From Alphaproteobacteria bacterium (GTDB lineage Bacteria > Pseudomonadota > Alphaproteobacteria > M2410), in contig SBGZ01000088.1 in the NCBI GenBank assembly GCA_006226415.1, positions 2,874 through 66,873 on the forward strand: 64,000 bases of DNA, in the 5' to 3' direction. Both the position numbers and the translations under genes were made by a program. This document shows, in pieces, positions 47,764-57,367 of the stretch; the stretch's first letter is position 1, and each line of letters opens with the position of its first letter. The notes under the pieces were generated by a model that searched no databases, was not told the origin of the DNA, and worked only from the letters and a program-made list of their open reading frames with translations.

Positions 47764-49368
47764 TTACATGCGAAATACACCGTAACGCGGGTCAGAAATA
47801 GGCGCATTGAGTGCCGCTCTGAATGCCAACCCGAGAACCCGCCGCGTGTCACGTGGCGCGATAATGCCGTCATCCCATAACCGCGCTGTCGCAAAATATG
47901 GGTTTCCCTCTTTCTCATAAGCAGCACGCACCGGAGATTTAAACGCCTCTTCGTCGTCCGCGCTCCAGCTTTCACCGCGCGCTTCTAGACCTTCACGGCG
48001 CACCGTCGCCAACACGGAGGCCGCCTGCTCACCCCCCATCACGGAAATACGTGCATTTGGCCATGTGAACATAAACCGCGGACTATAGGCGCGCCCGCAC
48101 ATCCCGTAGTTGCCGGCCCCATAGGACCCGCCAATGACAAGGGTCACTTTCGGAACATTGGCGCAGGCAACAGCCGTCACCATTTTCGCCCCATCCTTGG
48201 CAATGCCTCCGGACTCATACTTACTACCGACCATAAAGCCGGTAATATTTTGCAGGAACAAAAGCGGGATGCGGCGCTGACAGCACAGCTCAATAAAATG
48301 CGCGGCCTTGAGGGCTGACTCAGAAAACAAAATGCCATTGTTGGCAATAATCCCAACCGGCACGCCTTCTATTTTCGCAAAGCCGGTAACAAGCGTAACG
48401 CCGTAGAGCTTTTTAAACTCATCAAATTCACTGCCATCGACAATACGGGCGATAACTTCGCGCACATCATACTGCGTGGTTAAAGCCTCCGGAACGATCC
48501 CGTCAAGCTCAGCAATGTCATAGAGCGGTGCCCGAGGGGCTGCCAGCTCAATCGCGCTTTGGTCTTGCCGTAAAGTGCCGGCGATTTGCCGCACCAGGGC
48601 CAAGGCGTGGGTGTCATCATTGGCATAGTGGTCAGCGACCCCAGACCGACGCGCATGCACGTCCGCGCCGCCAAGGTCTTCCGCTGTGACCACCTCGCCT
48701 GTTGCCGCCTTTACAAGTGGCGGTCCGCCCAGAAAAATTGTTCCTTGGTTTTTGACGATAATTGTCTCATCGGACATTGCCGGCACATAAGCACCACCCG
48801 CCGTACAGGACCCCATCACCGATGCGATCTGCGGAATTCCTTCGGCGGACATATTGGCCTGATTGAAAAAGATCCGGCCAAAGTGTTCACGATCCGGAAA
48901 AATCTCCGCCTGATTGGGGAGATTGGCGCCACCAGAGTCCACAAGATAAATACACGGCAGTTTGTTTTGCTGCGCAACCTCCTGCGCGCGCAAATGCTTT
49001 TTCACCGTCATCGGATAATAGGTGCCACCTTTTATGGTCGCATCGTTGCAGACGATGACGCAGGTCCGACCGGCCACCTGCCCGAGCCCGGTGATAATTC
49101 CGGCGCCATTAATGGCGTCATCGTACATGTCATAGGCGGCAAGCTGGCTAAGCTCCAAAAAAGGCGATCCGGGGTCCAGTAGTCGATTGACCCGATCCCG
49201 CGGCAATAGTTTCCCCCGCGAGAGATGCCGCTCCCGGCTGCGCTCATTACCACCCAAGGAGGCCGACGCAACCCGGGCCTCCAACTCTTTAACCAACAGG
49301 CTCATCGCAGCCGCATTCGCCTGATAAGCACTATCCCGCGTGTTGATAGAAGACTTTAAAATTGCCAT
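47764..49368 (-). CDS. mccB: 3-methylcrotonyl-CoA carboxylase beta subunit (carboxyltransferase)
   Basis: 534 aa. The N-terminus reads ...[29 protein letters not shown]. Two carboxyltransferase halves are present. Confidence 0.85.
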   Translation of the reverse strand: MAILKSSINTRDSAYQANAAAMSLLVKELEARVASASLGGNERSRERHLSRGKLLPRDRVNRLLDPGSPFLELSQLAAYDMYDDAINGAGIITGLGQVAGRTCVIVCNDATIKGGTYYPMTVKKHLRAQEVAQQNKLPCIYLVDSGGANLPNQAEIFPDREHFGRIFFNQANMSAEGIPQIASVMGSCTAGGAYVPAMSDETIIVKNQGTIFLGGPPLVKAATGEVVTAEDLGGADVHARRSGVADHYANDDTHALALVRQIAGTLRQDQSAIELAAPRAPLYDIAELDGIVPEALTTQYDVREVIARIVDGSEFDEFKKLYGVTLVTGFAKIEGVPVGIIANNGILFSESALKAAHFIELCCQRRIPLLFLQNITGFMVGSKYESGGIAKDGAKMVTAVACANVPKVTLVIGGSYGAGNYGMCGRAYSPRFMFTWPNARISVMGGEQAASVLATVRREGLEARGESWSADDEEAFKSPVRAAYEKEGNPYFATARLWDDGIIAPRDTRRVLGLAFRAALNAPISDPRYGVFRM

Positions 49369-49391
49369 CGTCGGCCCCTTCTGCTCTGCAC

Positions 49392-50579
49392 TTATGCCAG
49401 ACGTTCGATTGCAACAGCGGTTGCTTCACCGCCGCCGATGCACAATGAGGCCACGCCGCGCTTTTGATCGTATTTTTCCAGCGCTGCCAGCAATGTCACG
49501 AGAATACGTGCGCCTGAAGCCCCAATAGGATGCCCCAAGGCACAAGCGCCGCCATGAACATTCACTTTGTCATGGGGCAGATCCATCTCATGCATCGCCG
49601 CCATGCTGACCACAGCAAAAGCTTCATTTATCTCATAAAGATCGACGTCGTCTTTCGACCAGCCAATCTTCTCAAACAGGCTTTGCATCGCTCCAACCGG
49701 TGCGGTCGTGAACCAACGCGGCGCCCGCGCGTGGCTTGCTTGCCCCACAATGCGCGCTAGCGGTGTTAACCCACGAGCTTCAGCAACAGAGGCCCGCGTC
49801 AAAACAAGCGCCGCCGCCCCATCAGAAATAGAGCTTGAATTTGCTGCCGTAACACTGCCGTCCTTGGCAAAGGCGGGTCGCAGGGTCGGGATCTTCTCTG
49901 GATCCGCCGTCAAAGGCTGTTCATCTTGCGAGACCGTCACCTCACCTTTTCGGGTTTTGATCGTGATGGCTTCAATCTCGCCGGCAAAGGAGCCGTCTTC
50001 GGTTGCCTGCTTGGCACGGCGCAAAGATTCCACCGCAAAGGCATCCTGCGCCTCCCGGGTGAATTGAAAATGCTGCGCCGTTTCCTCCGCAAAGGTCCCC
50101 ATCAAACGATGCTCGTAGGCGTCCTCCAACCCATCAAGAAACATATGATCCTTGACTTCACCATGTCCAAGACGAAGGCCGTCCCGCACTTTGGGCAGAA
50201 TATAGGGCGCATTTGTCATGCTTTCCAAACCGCCAGCTACCATGATATCGGCGTGACCGAGCGCCAATGTGTCCGCCGCGGTCATGGTTGCGCGCATACC
50301 TGAGCCGCACATTTTATTGACGGTTGTGCAGGGCGTACTCTCGGGCAAACCACCAAAGATCGCGGCCTGCCGCGCCGGCGCCTGGCCGAGTCCAGCTGAA
50401 AGCACACATCCCATCACCACTTCGTCAATATCGTCCCCTGCGACCCCTGCTCGGGCCACGGCCGCGCGCACCGCATCGGCGCCGAGTTCGGGCCCGGTCT
50501 TGCCGGCAAGGGCGCCCTGAAAGCCGCCCATAGGCGTGCGAGCGGCGCCAACTATGACGATTGGATCGGAGGTAGTCAT
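49392..50579 (-). CDS. Acetyl-CoA C-acetyltransferase (thiolase II)
   Basis: Contains VNKMCGSGM (active-site Cys), NEAFA and [14 protein letters not shown]...LCIGGG. Confidence 0.9.
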   Translation of the reverse strand: MTTSDPIVIVGAARTPMGGFQGALAGKTGPELGADAVRAAVARAGVAGDDIDEVVMGCVLSAGLGQAPARQAAIFGGLPESTPCTTVNKMCGSGMRATMTAADTLALGHADIMVAGGLESMTNAPYILPKVRDGLRLGHGEVKDHMFLDGLEDAYEHRLMGTFAEETAQHFQFTREAQDAFAVESLRRAKQATEDGSFAGEIEAITIKTRKGEVTVSQDEQPLTADPEKIPTLRPAFAKDGSVTAANSSSISDGAAALVLTRASVAEARGLTPLARIVGQASHARAPRWFTTAPVGAMQSLFEKIGWSKDDVDLYEINEAFAVVSMAAMHEMDLPHDKVNVHGGACALGHPIGASGARILVTLLAALEKYDQKRGVASLCIGGGEATAVAIERLA

Positions 50580-50591
50580 GAATTCTTGTCC

Positions 50592-51557
50592 TTAGTTGGA
50601 GGGGCTAAATGCTTCTACGGAATCCGCAATGGTAAAGAGCGTAAAGAAGCCGCTGCCGGATCCCCCGCCCAAAAGATACCACCGACCATCGGCAACGGCG
50701 GATGCCATTGAATGGCGCGGCGTCAAAAGCCGGGGTTCTTCGCGCCACTTATTATTCGCCGCATCAAACGAATGATGCTCAATGTAGGTATGTGAAGGTG
50801 ATAAGGTCGTGCCCCCGGCCACATGAATTCGCCCACCAAGATAGGCCGCCTTTAACCCCGAACGCGCAATTGGCATATCGGCCAGCCGGCTCCAATACCC
50901 GGTTAAAGTGTCATATTTATCGACGCGAGCACTCGGATTGCCATTCAAGTCTAGGCCCCCCATTACATAAATATCCGTGCCAACAACAACCGATGCGAAA
51001 GCCGAGCGCGGAACCGGCAGCACACCGCTTGCAACACTCCAACGGTCCTTGGCAATCGTATAAACCATCACCTTGCCGGGGTCTTCCCCGCCGCCGCCAA
51101 GAGCGTATATCATCTCATTGGCGTAAAGCAAAGCATGCCCCCTGCGGGCAAGTGGCATCGGGGCCTTTTCAATCCAGCTACGCCGCCCCGTATCAAACAC
51201 CCAAAGATCCCGGCTCAACCGGGCAGTTCTGTCTGTCCCCGCCAGTCCGCCGCTCACATAGACATTAGACCCGGTTGCAGTCATTCCAAACTGCTCGCGG
51301 CCCACGGGCATAGAAGGCAGTGGCCGCCAAAAATCTCCCACAACATCATAGGCGTCGAAGCTGGTTGAGGGCCCGGAGATCCCGGCGCCGCCCGCCACGT
51401 AAATAGTTTCGCCGATCCCTGCCGCCCCCAAATGCGCCCGCCCGGCCTCCATCGGCGCGTTCTCGGACCAGCGACCTTCCGCCAAAACCGGCCCCGCGAC
51501 ACCCAGGGTCAAAATGACAGCACCAAAATAAGCAGCAAATTTCTTCATGTGAGACAT
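50592..51557 (-). CDS. Secreted Kelch-repeat beta-propeller protein
   Basis: A signal peptide (...GVAGPVLAEG) is followed by about six repeats with the GG / YV.GG / W pattern. Confidence 0.7.
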   Translation of the reverse strand: MSHMKKFAAYFGAVILTLGVAGPVLAEGRWSENAPMEAGRAHLGAAGIGETIYVAGGAGISGPSTSFDAYDVVGDFWRPLPSMPVGREQFGMTATGSNVYVSGGLAGTDRTARLSRDLWVFDTGRRSWIEKAPMPLARRGHALLYANEMIYALGGGGEDPGKVMVYTIAKDRWSVASGVLPVPRSAFASVVVGTDIYVMGGLDLNGNPSARVDKYDTLTGYWSRLADMPIARSGLKAAYLGGRIHVAGGTTLSPSHTYIEHHSFDAANNKWREEPRLLTPRHSMASAVADGRWYLLGGGSGSGFFTLFTIADSVEAFSPSN

Positions 51558-51571
51558 CCGAAAAGCAAGTC

Positions 51572-52969
51572 TTAAGCAAAAGCCACTGTAGCAAGTCCAA
51601 GGAAGACAAAAAACCCAACAATATCTGTAACGGTGGTGACAAGAACAGAGGATGCCAAGGCCGGATCCACCCCGGCCCGGTCAAGCCCCAAGGGCACCAG
51701 AATGCCCGCAAGCCCCGCAAACAGGAGGTTGATGACCATGGCCAGGGCCAAAACAATACCAAGTGACACACTACTGAACCACAGCCCGCCGATAACACCC
51801 ATAAGCAAGGCGAACAGAACCCCATTGAGCCCGCCAACCAGAACCTCTCGAACCACGATCCGCATGGCATTGGTCGCCGTCAGATCCTTGGTGGCAAGCG
51901 CCCTCACGGCGATCGTCAATGTCTGCGTCCCGGCATTGCCCCCCATCGAGGCCACAATGGGCATCAGAACCGCCAGAGCCACGGCCCGCTCAATCGTTTC
52001 GCTAAAAACACCAATGACAATGGATGCCAAAATGGCGGTCAAAAGATTGACGAACAGCCAGGAAAATCGCGAGCGCGTCGTCGACACCACAGAGCCGGAA
52101 AGGCCCACCTGATCACTCACACCGCCCAGGGCAAGCATGTCATCACGGGCCGCGCCTTGCAAAACGCCGACGATATCATCGACCGTAATCATGCCGACCA
52201 GCCGCCCTTCCTCGTCCACCACCGCCGCGGAGGCCAGGTGATATTGCTGAAAGAGATAGGCCACCTCTTCTTCTTCCATTGTGGCCGGAATGAGCGTTTG
52301 CTTCACGTTCATGATATCGCCCACCAGCCGGTCCCGATTGAGGGTCAAGAGCCGCGAAATTGGCATGGTGCCAATCGCATGGCCTGAAGGGTCCACCACA
52401 AAAATCTCAAAAAACATGTCGGGCAGATTATCGTGCGATTTAATCTGGTCCAGAGTTTGACCCACCGTCCAAAACGGCGGTACCGCCATGAACTCGCGCT
52501 GCATAAGACGTCCGGCGGAATACTCCGGATATTGCATCGCGAATTCAACCAGAGCCCGGTCTTCTTCCGCGACTTGCTCAAGCACTTCGGCAATTTTGTC
52601 GCTTTCAAGGTGTTCGAGCAGATCAACCGCGTCATCGCTTTCCAGCACATGCACTGCTGCGGCCACGTCTTCCGCCGGCATCATGGCAACAACTTCGCGC
52701 TTGATGTCCTCGTCCAGATCGCTCAACGCTTCGGCATCGAGCTCTGATCCGACAATTTCGAGCAGGCTGCGCCGTTCATCGGGACGCACAAGTCCAAGAA
52801 GATCCGCCTGGTCCGCACTGTGCAGTCGCCCAAAAAGCTCCCGAACCCGCTCGCCCAGCCCCGCGTCAACTGCATCGCAGATGTCACGCACAAACCCAGG
52901 ATTAAGAGCATAATCCTCGTCGAGCGCGGGTGCTTCTTGCCCCTCAGCTGCTTGCGCGTCCTGAACCAA
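51572..52969 (-). CDS. mgtE: Magnesium transporter MgtE
   Basis: An N-domain is followed by a tandem CBS pair and a C-terminal TM domain (GGNAGTQTLT...). The TTG start has a GGAGG RBS. Confidence 0.9.
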   Translation of the reverse strand: MVQDAQAAEGQEAPALDEDYALNPGFVRDICDAVDAGLGERVRELFGRLHSADQADLLGLVRPDERRSLLEIVGSELDAEALSDLDEDIKREVVAMMPAEDVAAAVHVLESDDAVDLLEHLESDKIAEVLEQVAEEDRALVEFAMQYPEYSAGRLMQREFMAVPPFWTVGQTLDQIKSHDNLPDMFFEIFVVDPSGHAIGTMPISRLLTLNRDRLVGDIMNVKQTLIPATMEEEEVAYLFQQYHLASAAVVDEEGRLVGMITVDDIVGVLQGAARDDMLALGGVSDQVGLSGSVVSTTRSRFSWLFVNLLTAILASIVIGVFSETIERAVALAVLMPIVASMGGNAGTQTLTIAVRALATKDLTATNAMRIVVREVLVGGLNGVLFALLMGVIGGLWFSSVSLGIVLALAMVINLLFAGLAGILVPLGLDRAGVDPALASSVLVTTVTDIVGFFVFLGLATVAFA

Positions 52970-53205
52970 TGCGCCAAAACCTCCTTAAGTTTCCCTGAAC
53001 GGAAACTGGCCAAATTTCATGCCTTCTTATAGGCCATGACTCGCGTCTCAGAGCAAGAAATCCCTGAAAAAACAGGGGGAAAGTCGGAAAAACCACCTCA
53101 GCCCCCCCTGGGTGAGCAAAAGGCCTGACATTAACCATATCGCCACCTTGGCTGGATAAACTCGCCCCCAGGAAATTGTTCAACCGAAGATCAGAGGGCC
53201 CCAAA

Positions 53206-54336
53206 ATGTCCGACAACAAATTCGCAACCGACCTTCAAAACCATAAGCCAGAAATGAACATCACCAATTGCATGGCGGCGGCAAAAGACCAGAGCGGCAA
53301 GAGTGTGGGCGCCCAGGTGCGCGAAATCTGGAAGCTCTCCCGCAAGCCCTTCAAACTCTCGGCCCAGGACTATTTTTACTTTGGCCTTTATGACGACAAT
53401 CGATTTTCCGGCGACGAAAAACAGCGCTTTATTGCAGATCGGGATCATCACTCGATCATCATCAAATGTTGTGACCCGACCTGGTGGGCACTCGCTGACG
53501 ACAAATATTTTTCTTATACCCTTCTGGAAGCCAACGGTGCGGCTACCCCCAAAACCCAGGCGATTTTCTCCTCCGGCACGCGGAGCTTTGGAAAAACACT
53601 GACCCTGCGCTCAACACAAGAGTTGCAGGACTATTTGTCCTCAAAGGCCCATTTCCCGCTCTTTGTAAAACCCAATGCCGGCGTCGGCAGTTTTGGAACA
53701 TTTGCCGTAGAAGCCTATGACGCGTCCAACCAGACGCTCCAGCTGGCGAAAGATGAAACGATCGCGCTTGACGATTTCGTCTCGCAAATCGACGGCGAAG
53801 AGCCCTATTTGTTCCAAACCAGCCTCCAGCCACATGCGGACATCGCACAGATCTGCTCGGGCAAAGTGTCAACGGTGCGTGTCATTGTCATTCTGCAGGA
53901 TGGCCAACCGGAAATTATTCAAACCGTTTGGAAAATTCCGGGACCGGACGCCATCGCCGACAATTTCTGGCGCAAAGGCAACATGCTCGGCGCTGTTGAC
54001 ACTGAGACCGGTAAGGTCACCCGCGTCATTCGCGGATATGGCCCTGAGCTCGAGGAGAACCCTGCCCACCCGGCCACCAATCAGGATCTGCGCGGACTAA
54101 CCCTCCCGTGTTGGGAAGAGGTCAAAGACTTGTGCCTGACCTATGCGCCGCTGTTTCAAAAACTGCGCTATCAGTCCTGGGATGTAGCCATCACGCCCGA
54201 AGGCCCCGTTGTCGTCGAAGTCAATACTGGCTCAGCCTTCAACCTGTCGCAGCTGGCAACAGGCAAGGGCTTTATGACCGATCGCTTTCAAGCCTTCCTT
54301 GAAAGCTGCGGATATTTCGTAAAAGAGAAAAAATAA
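53206..54336 (+). CDS. ATP-grasp-like protein (sugar-transfer-associated ATP-grasp type), function unknown
   Basis: ATG at 53206 follows AGAGGG. The N-terminal region resembles ATPgrasp_ST proteins as I recall them (REIWKLSRKPFKLSAQDYFYFGLYD...DK.....L), as does FVKPNAGVGSFG.... This family assignment rests on memory only. Confidence 0.55.
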   Translation: MSDNKFATDLQNHKPEMNITNCMAAAKDQSGKSVGAQVREIWKLSRKPFKLSAQDYFYFGLYDDNRFSGDEKQRFIADRDHHSIIIKCCDPTWWALADDKYFSYTLLEANGAATPKTQAIFSSGTRSFGKTLTLRSTQELQDYLSSKAHFPLFVKPNAGVGSFGTFAVEAYDASNQTLQLAKDETIALDDFVSQIDGEEPYLFQTSLQPHADIAQICSGKVSTVRVIVILQDGQPEIIQTVWKIPGPDAIADNFWRKGNMLGAVDTETGKVTRVIRGYGPELEENPAHPATNQDLRGLTLPCWEEVKDLCLTYAPLFQKLRYQSWDVAITPEGPVVVEVNTGSAFNLSQLATGKGFMTDRFQAFLESCGYFVKEKK

Positions 54337-54399
54337 GCAGGCCCACAGATCTGGTAGACCCGGTTTAACGAGGCCGCCATATCCACGGCGGTCGTCCCA

Positions 54400-54445
54400 A
54401 AAGAAAAATCCCGCCCCTTTATGCAAAGGGCGGGATTTTATCGTT
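54400..54445. terminator. Bidirectional intrinsic terminator between convergent genes
   Basis: The stem is AAATCCCGCCC (54406-54416) paired with GGGCGGGATTT (54428-54438). An A-run lies 5' and a T-rich tract lies 3'. Confidence 0.7.
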
Positions 54446-54458
54446 TAGTCAGGGTGCC

Positions 54459-55280
54459 TTATTCAGAACGGTGACCGCGTTCCGCATCGGGGATCCAGAA
54501 GACATGCGTAATCACCCGGCTTCCATCGCCAAGCTGACGTTCATAAAGGTCCGCACGACCATCTGCCGTAAAGCCAATCTCCCGACCCCAGCCAGAGCGG
54601 AGATTACCAATATCATCGTCGCCCAGAACGCCTTTGTTGCGACCCTTGCCTGGCGAGCCGCCACCGCCGCTGCCACCATCGGTATGAGCATACATGGTGT
54701 CGAGCAAGTCATAGTCATGCGCGTTCGGGTGCTCGTTGTTGGGCGGGCCAAGCGGGTTGGACGTATAGTCCATGCAGGTACCCAGGTTAGGATTGTCGAA
54801 ATTCTCGTCCTGGTGACCCAGACCAAAGGCATGGCCGATCTCCTGGCAGGTGACAAGCGCGCGCCAATAGGACTTGTTGTAAGTCGTCGAGTTAAAATAG
54901 CTGTCGTTAAGTTTGACAACCGCCTGAGTGATGTGATCGCCAGAGGCCCAAATTTGAGCAATTCCAAGCCATCCCGTATACCCATAGGCATCACTGCAAA
55001 CATTAACATCGCCAGCGACTGCCTTGCAGGGCTGGGTTTTACCGTTCCCCTGTTTGGCGACCGGAGAAATCACGCTTGAGTTATCCCAGTCCACAAGAGC
55101 ATCATCAAAGGCAGTCTGCCAAACGGCTGATACGTTATTGATGATATTTATCGACACCGGATTAGAGCTCCGCGCCCAGTGGTAGTTCCCCCATGTATGG
55201 GAGGCCTGCGCTACAGAGAAAGTAGCCACTGCAGAAAAAGCAACGGCTGCAATCGACGCGGACTTCATAGAAATCTTCAC
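54459..55280 (-). CDS. Secreted metzincin-like zinc metalloprotease (variant motif QEIGHAFGLGH)
   Basis: The signal peptide ends AQA-SH. The product has CQEIGHAFGLGHQDE and a downstream GTCMDY, which is a candidate Met-turn. Confidence 0.7.
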   Translation of the reverse strand: MKISMKSASIAAVAFSAVATFSVAQASHTWGNYHWARSSNPVSINIINNVSAVWQTAFDDALVDWDNSSVISPVAKQGNGKTQPCKAVAGDVNVCSDAYGYTGWLGIAQIWASGDHITQAVVKLNDSYFNSTTYNKSYWRALVTCQEIGHAFGLGHQDENFDNPNLGTCMDYTSNPLGPPNNEHPNAHDYDLLDTMYAHTDGGSGGGGSPGKGRNKGVLGDDDIGNLRSGWGREIGFTADGRADLYERQLGDGSRVITHVFWIPDAERGHRSE

Positions 55281-55605
55281 TTCCTGTCTCCTTGCCTAAT
55301 TAGTTCCAAATAAGACCCTGTTAAAACGCTTCCCGCAAAAACTTTTAAATCAGACTTTACGCTCGGGAATGCGCCCCTTTCCCACACGACAAATTCAGTC
55401 ACGCCCCTGACCGAGACCCGCAAATCACGTGTGCATTAGAAAAATAGTGGCAATAACTCGCAGAAAATGCAAATCACACGCATTTACAGGCCAATTCGGC
55501 CCATTAAGGATTTTTCTCGGAAAAAGGCTCGGCCCGGAAATAACCGACGGATAACATCCGCCAGTTCCAACTTATGTCTTGGAATGTCAAAGGCTTAGAA
55601 GAATA

Positions 55606-55692
55606 TGGTGCGGTCGAGAAGACTCGAACTTCCACGGGTTTTACCCCACAGCGACCTCAACGCTGCGCGTCTACCAGTTCCGCCACGACCGC
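55606..55692 (-). tRNA. tRNA-Leu (anticodon GAG)
   Basis: I folded the cloverleaf by hand. The acceptor stem is GCGGTCG/CGACCGC. The anticodon stem is CAGCG/CGCTG, with the loop TTGAGGT. There is a long variable arm, the T-loop is TTCGAGT, and the 3' CCA is encoded. Total length is 87 nt. Confidence 0.9.
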
Positions 55693-55786
55693 ACTATTCG
55701 TCACCAGCTCAATCTGGAAGATGGCGGATGTAACAGATGAAATGCCGCTTGTGAAGCCTGAATTCCGGCCCAGTTCGATAATTTTA

Positions 55787-56533
55787 TCAAATGCCATCGC
55801 CGTCGACATTTTCCACTGAATGGATACCGCATTCCTGCTTGTCCAGCCCGGACCAACGCCCGTCACGATAACTTCCGCCCGGCCGGACGCGATCCGTACA
55901 AGGCATACATCCGATCGACAAAAACCCTTCTTTTACAAGGGGATGCTTGGGGATGTTGTGACTTTCGATGTAATTGGACAATTCGTCCAACGACCAATTC
56001 ACCAGCGGGTTAATCTTCAAAAACCCTTCCCCGCGCGCTGTGTCCACCTCGACAGCCGACAGATCTCTGCGCTTTCCGGTCTGAAAGCGTTTGCGTCCTG
56101 TAATCTGGATAGAGAACCCACTGAGGGCCCGTTGCAGCGGCACGACTTTGCGAAAATGGCAGCAGGCATCATTGTCTTGATGCCACAGCATACCTTCCGG
56201 GTCACTGGCCTTTTCATCACCTGGATGCGGACTGATTGAGCGCACATCCGTCAACCCGAGCCGAGATTGCACGCGGTCACGATAGCGCAGTGTCTCACCG
56301 AACAATTTGCCCGTATTGAGGAAGATCACGGGGGCCGTTGGGTCGACTTCCGAGACCATATTGAGCAGAACGACCGATTCAGCCCCAAAGGAAGAGACAA
56401 CTGCCACCTCATCGCGCCAGGCGCTGGACAGCAAAGCCTCCAGCAATGCCTTGCCCTCCATATCCCCCAGAATATCAATCAGCTCGCTTGCATTGCGCTG
56501 ATCTGAGGTCTTATGGAGCGCTTGGTGGTTCAT
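55787..56533 (-). CDS. cysH: Phosphoadenylyl-sulfate (PAPS/APS) reductase
   Basis: PAPS_reduct fold (VVSSFGAESVVLL) with the C-terminal ECGIH motif. A CC...CxxC-type Cys cluster (DACCHFRKV ... IGCMPC) suggests the Fe-S APS-reductase type. Confidence 0.9.
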   Translation of the reverse strand: MNHQALHKTSDQRNASELIDILGDMEGKALLEALLSSAWRDEVAVVSSFGAESVVLLNMVSEVDPTAPVIFLNTGKLFGETLRYRDRVQSRLGLTDVRSISPHPGDEKASDPEGMLWHQDNDACCHFRKVVPLQRALSGFSIQITGRKRFQTGKRRDLSAVEVDTARGEGFLKINPLVNWSLDELSNYIESHNIPKHPLVKEGFLSIGCMPCTDRVRPGGSYRDGRWSGLDKQECGIHSVENVDGDGI

Positions 56534-57090
56534 GGTTTCCAGTTCTTATCCTCAATGAAAGCATTGACCATCTGTTTGAGTTCGCCAGGGCTTGCCCCAT
56601 TCGCCTCCCAGATTTTCCTCGCCTTCACAATTTCCTTCATTCGGTCCGCCCATTCCTCACCAATTGTCTCGTTTAGGGATTTCCGAAACAATTTACCAAG
56701 GACAGGTGCTTGACCTCCCGTCGAAACAGCGACCGTCAAATCCCCCCGCCGCACGACGGCTGGCACAATTACATCGTTGTCCAGACCGGGGGTGTCGCAA
56801 TTCACAATAATACGGCGCCGCCTTGCCAATTCAGCCAGTTTCTCCGTTTCATCCGGTTCCAATCCCGCAATGAAAAGGACCTGCAGACCTTTCAAATCAT
56901 CACCGGTCGGTAGACGCCGAATAATCGCATCGCCCAACTGCTCAGCCGTCTTCTCCTCCGGTTTGTCAGAGAAGACCCGAATTCTTTTCGCCCCACCCCG
57001 CCTGAGAAAACGCAGACGACGAACAAGCGATTGTCCTCTCGCAACAACGCCGATACGCAGACGTGCTGGGTCCAAATCCACCGGAATCAT
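56530..57090 (-). CDS. Siroheme synthase N-terminal-domain-like protein (precorrin-2 dehydrogenase / ferrochelatase module only)
   Basis: Aligns to the CysG N-domain: IIVNCDT matches the region around CNVVD, and LTVAVSTGGQAPVLGKLFRKSLNE matches [21 protein letters not shown]. I chose the ATG at 57090. The track ORF's first 54 codons are AT-rich and not family-like. Confidence 0.65.
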   Translation of the reverse strand: MIPVDLDPARLRIGVVARGQSLVRRLRFLRRGGAKRIRVFSDKPEEKTAEQLGDAIIRRLPTGDDLKGLQVLFIAGLEPDETEKLAELARRRRIIVNCDTPGLDNDVIVPAVVRRGDLTVAVSTGGQAPVLGKLFRKSLNETIGEEWADRMKEIVKARKIWEANGASPGELKQMVNAFIEDKNWKP

Positions 57091-57367
57091 AGAAATACTT
57101 CCTTCCGCCAATTGGACTTGTACGACTGTCCAAATAGCAATCTGAGTTAAATTTTTCAAGTGACGAATGTACAATATCACATTATACACAAAACACTTGT
57201 ATTTAAAGCAGATCCCGACGCCTTGCGGCGCTAAGATCCACAACAAGCCCAAGGACTTAGCCTATTTTCCCCAATACTGCAAAGGCCCAACAGCACTGTT
57301 GCCGTTCAAAGGGGCCCTCCCAAAGAAAAGGTTTCCCTTCTCTTGAAGCCTTGATACATCACCATTT

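Noticed and set aside
52970-53175. A possible Mg2+ riboswitch (M-box) in the mgtE leader. Two small hairpins are visible: AGTTTCC/GGAAACT and CCCTG/CAGGG.
   Set aside because: I could not recognise the conserved M-box core or its multi-helix architecture by eye, and the hairpins are short. An Rfam covariance scan (RF00380) would settle it.
53206-55692. The idea that the ATP-grasp and protease genes form a small genomic island integrated at tRNA-Leu.
   Set aside because: I found no integrase, no mobility gene and no direct repeat of the tRNA 3' end. The compositional difference is not obvious by eye. The two genes are convergent and separately terminated.
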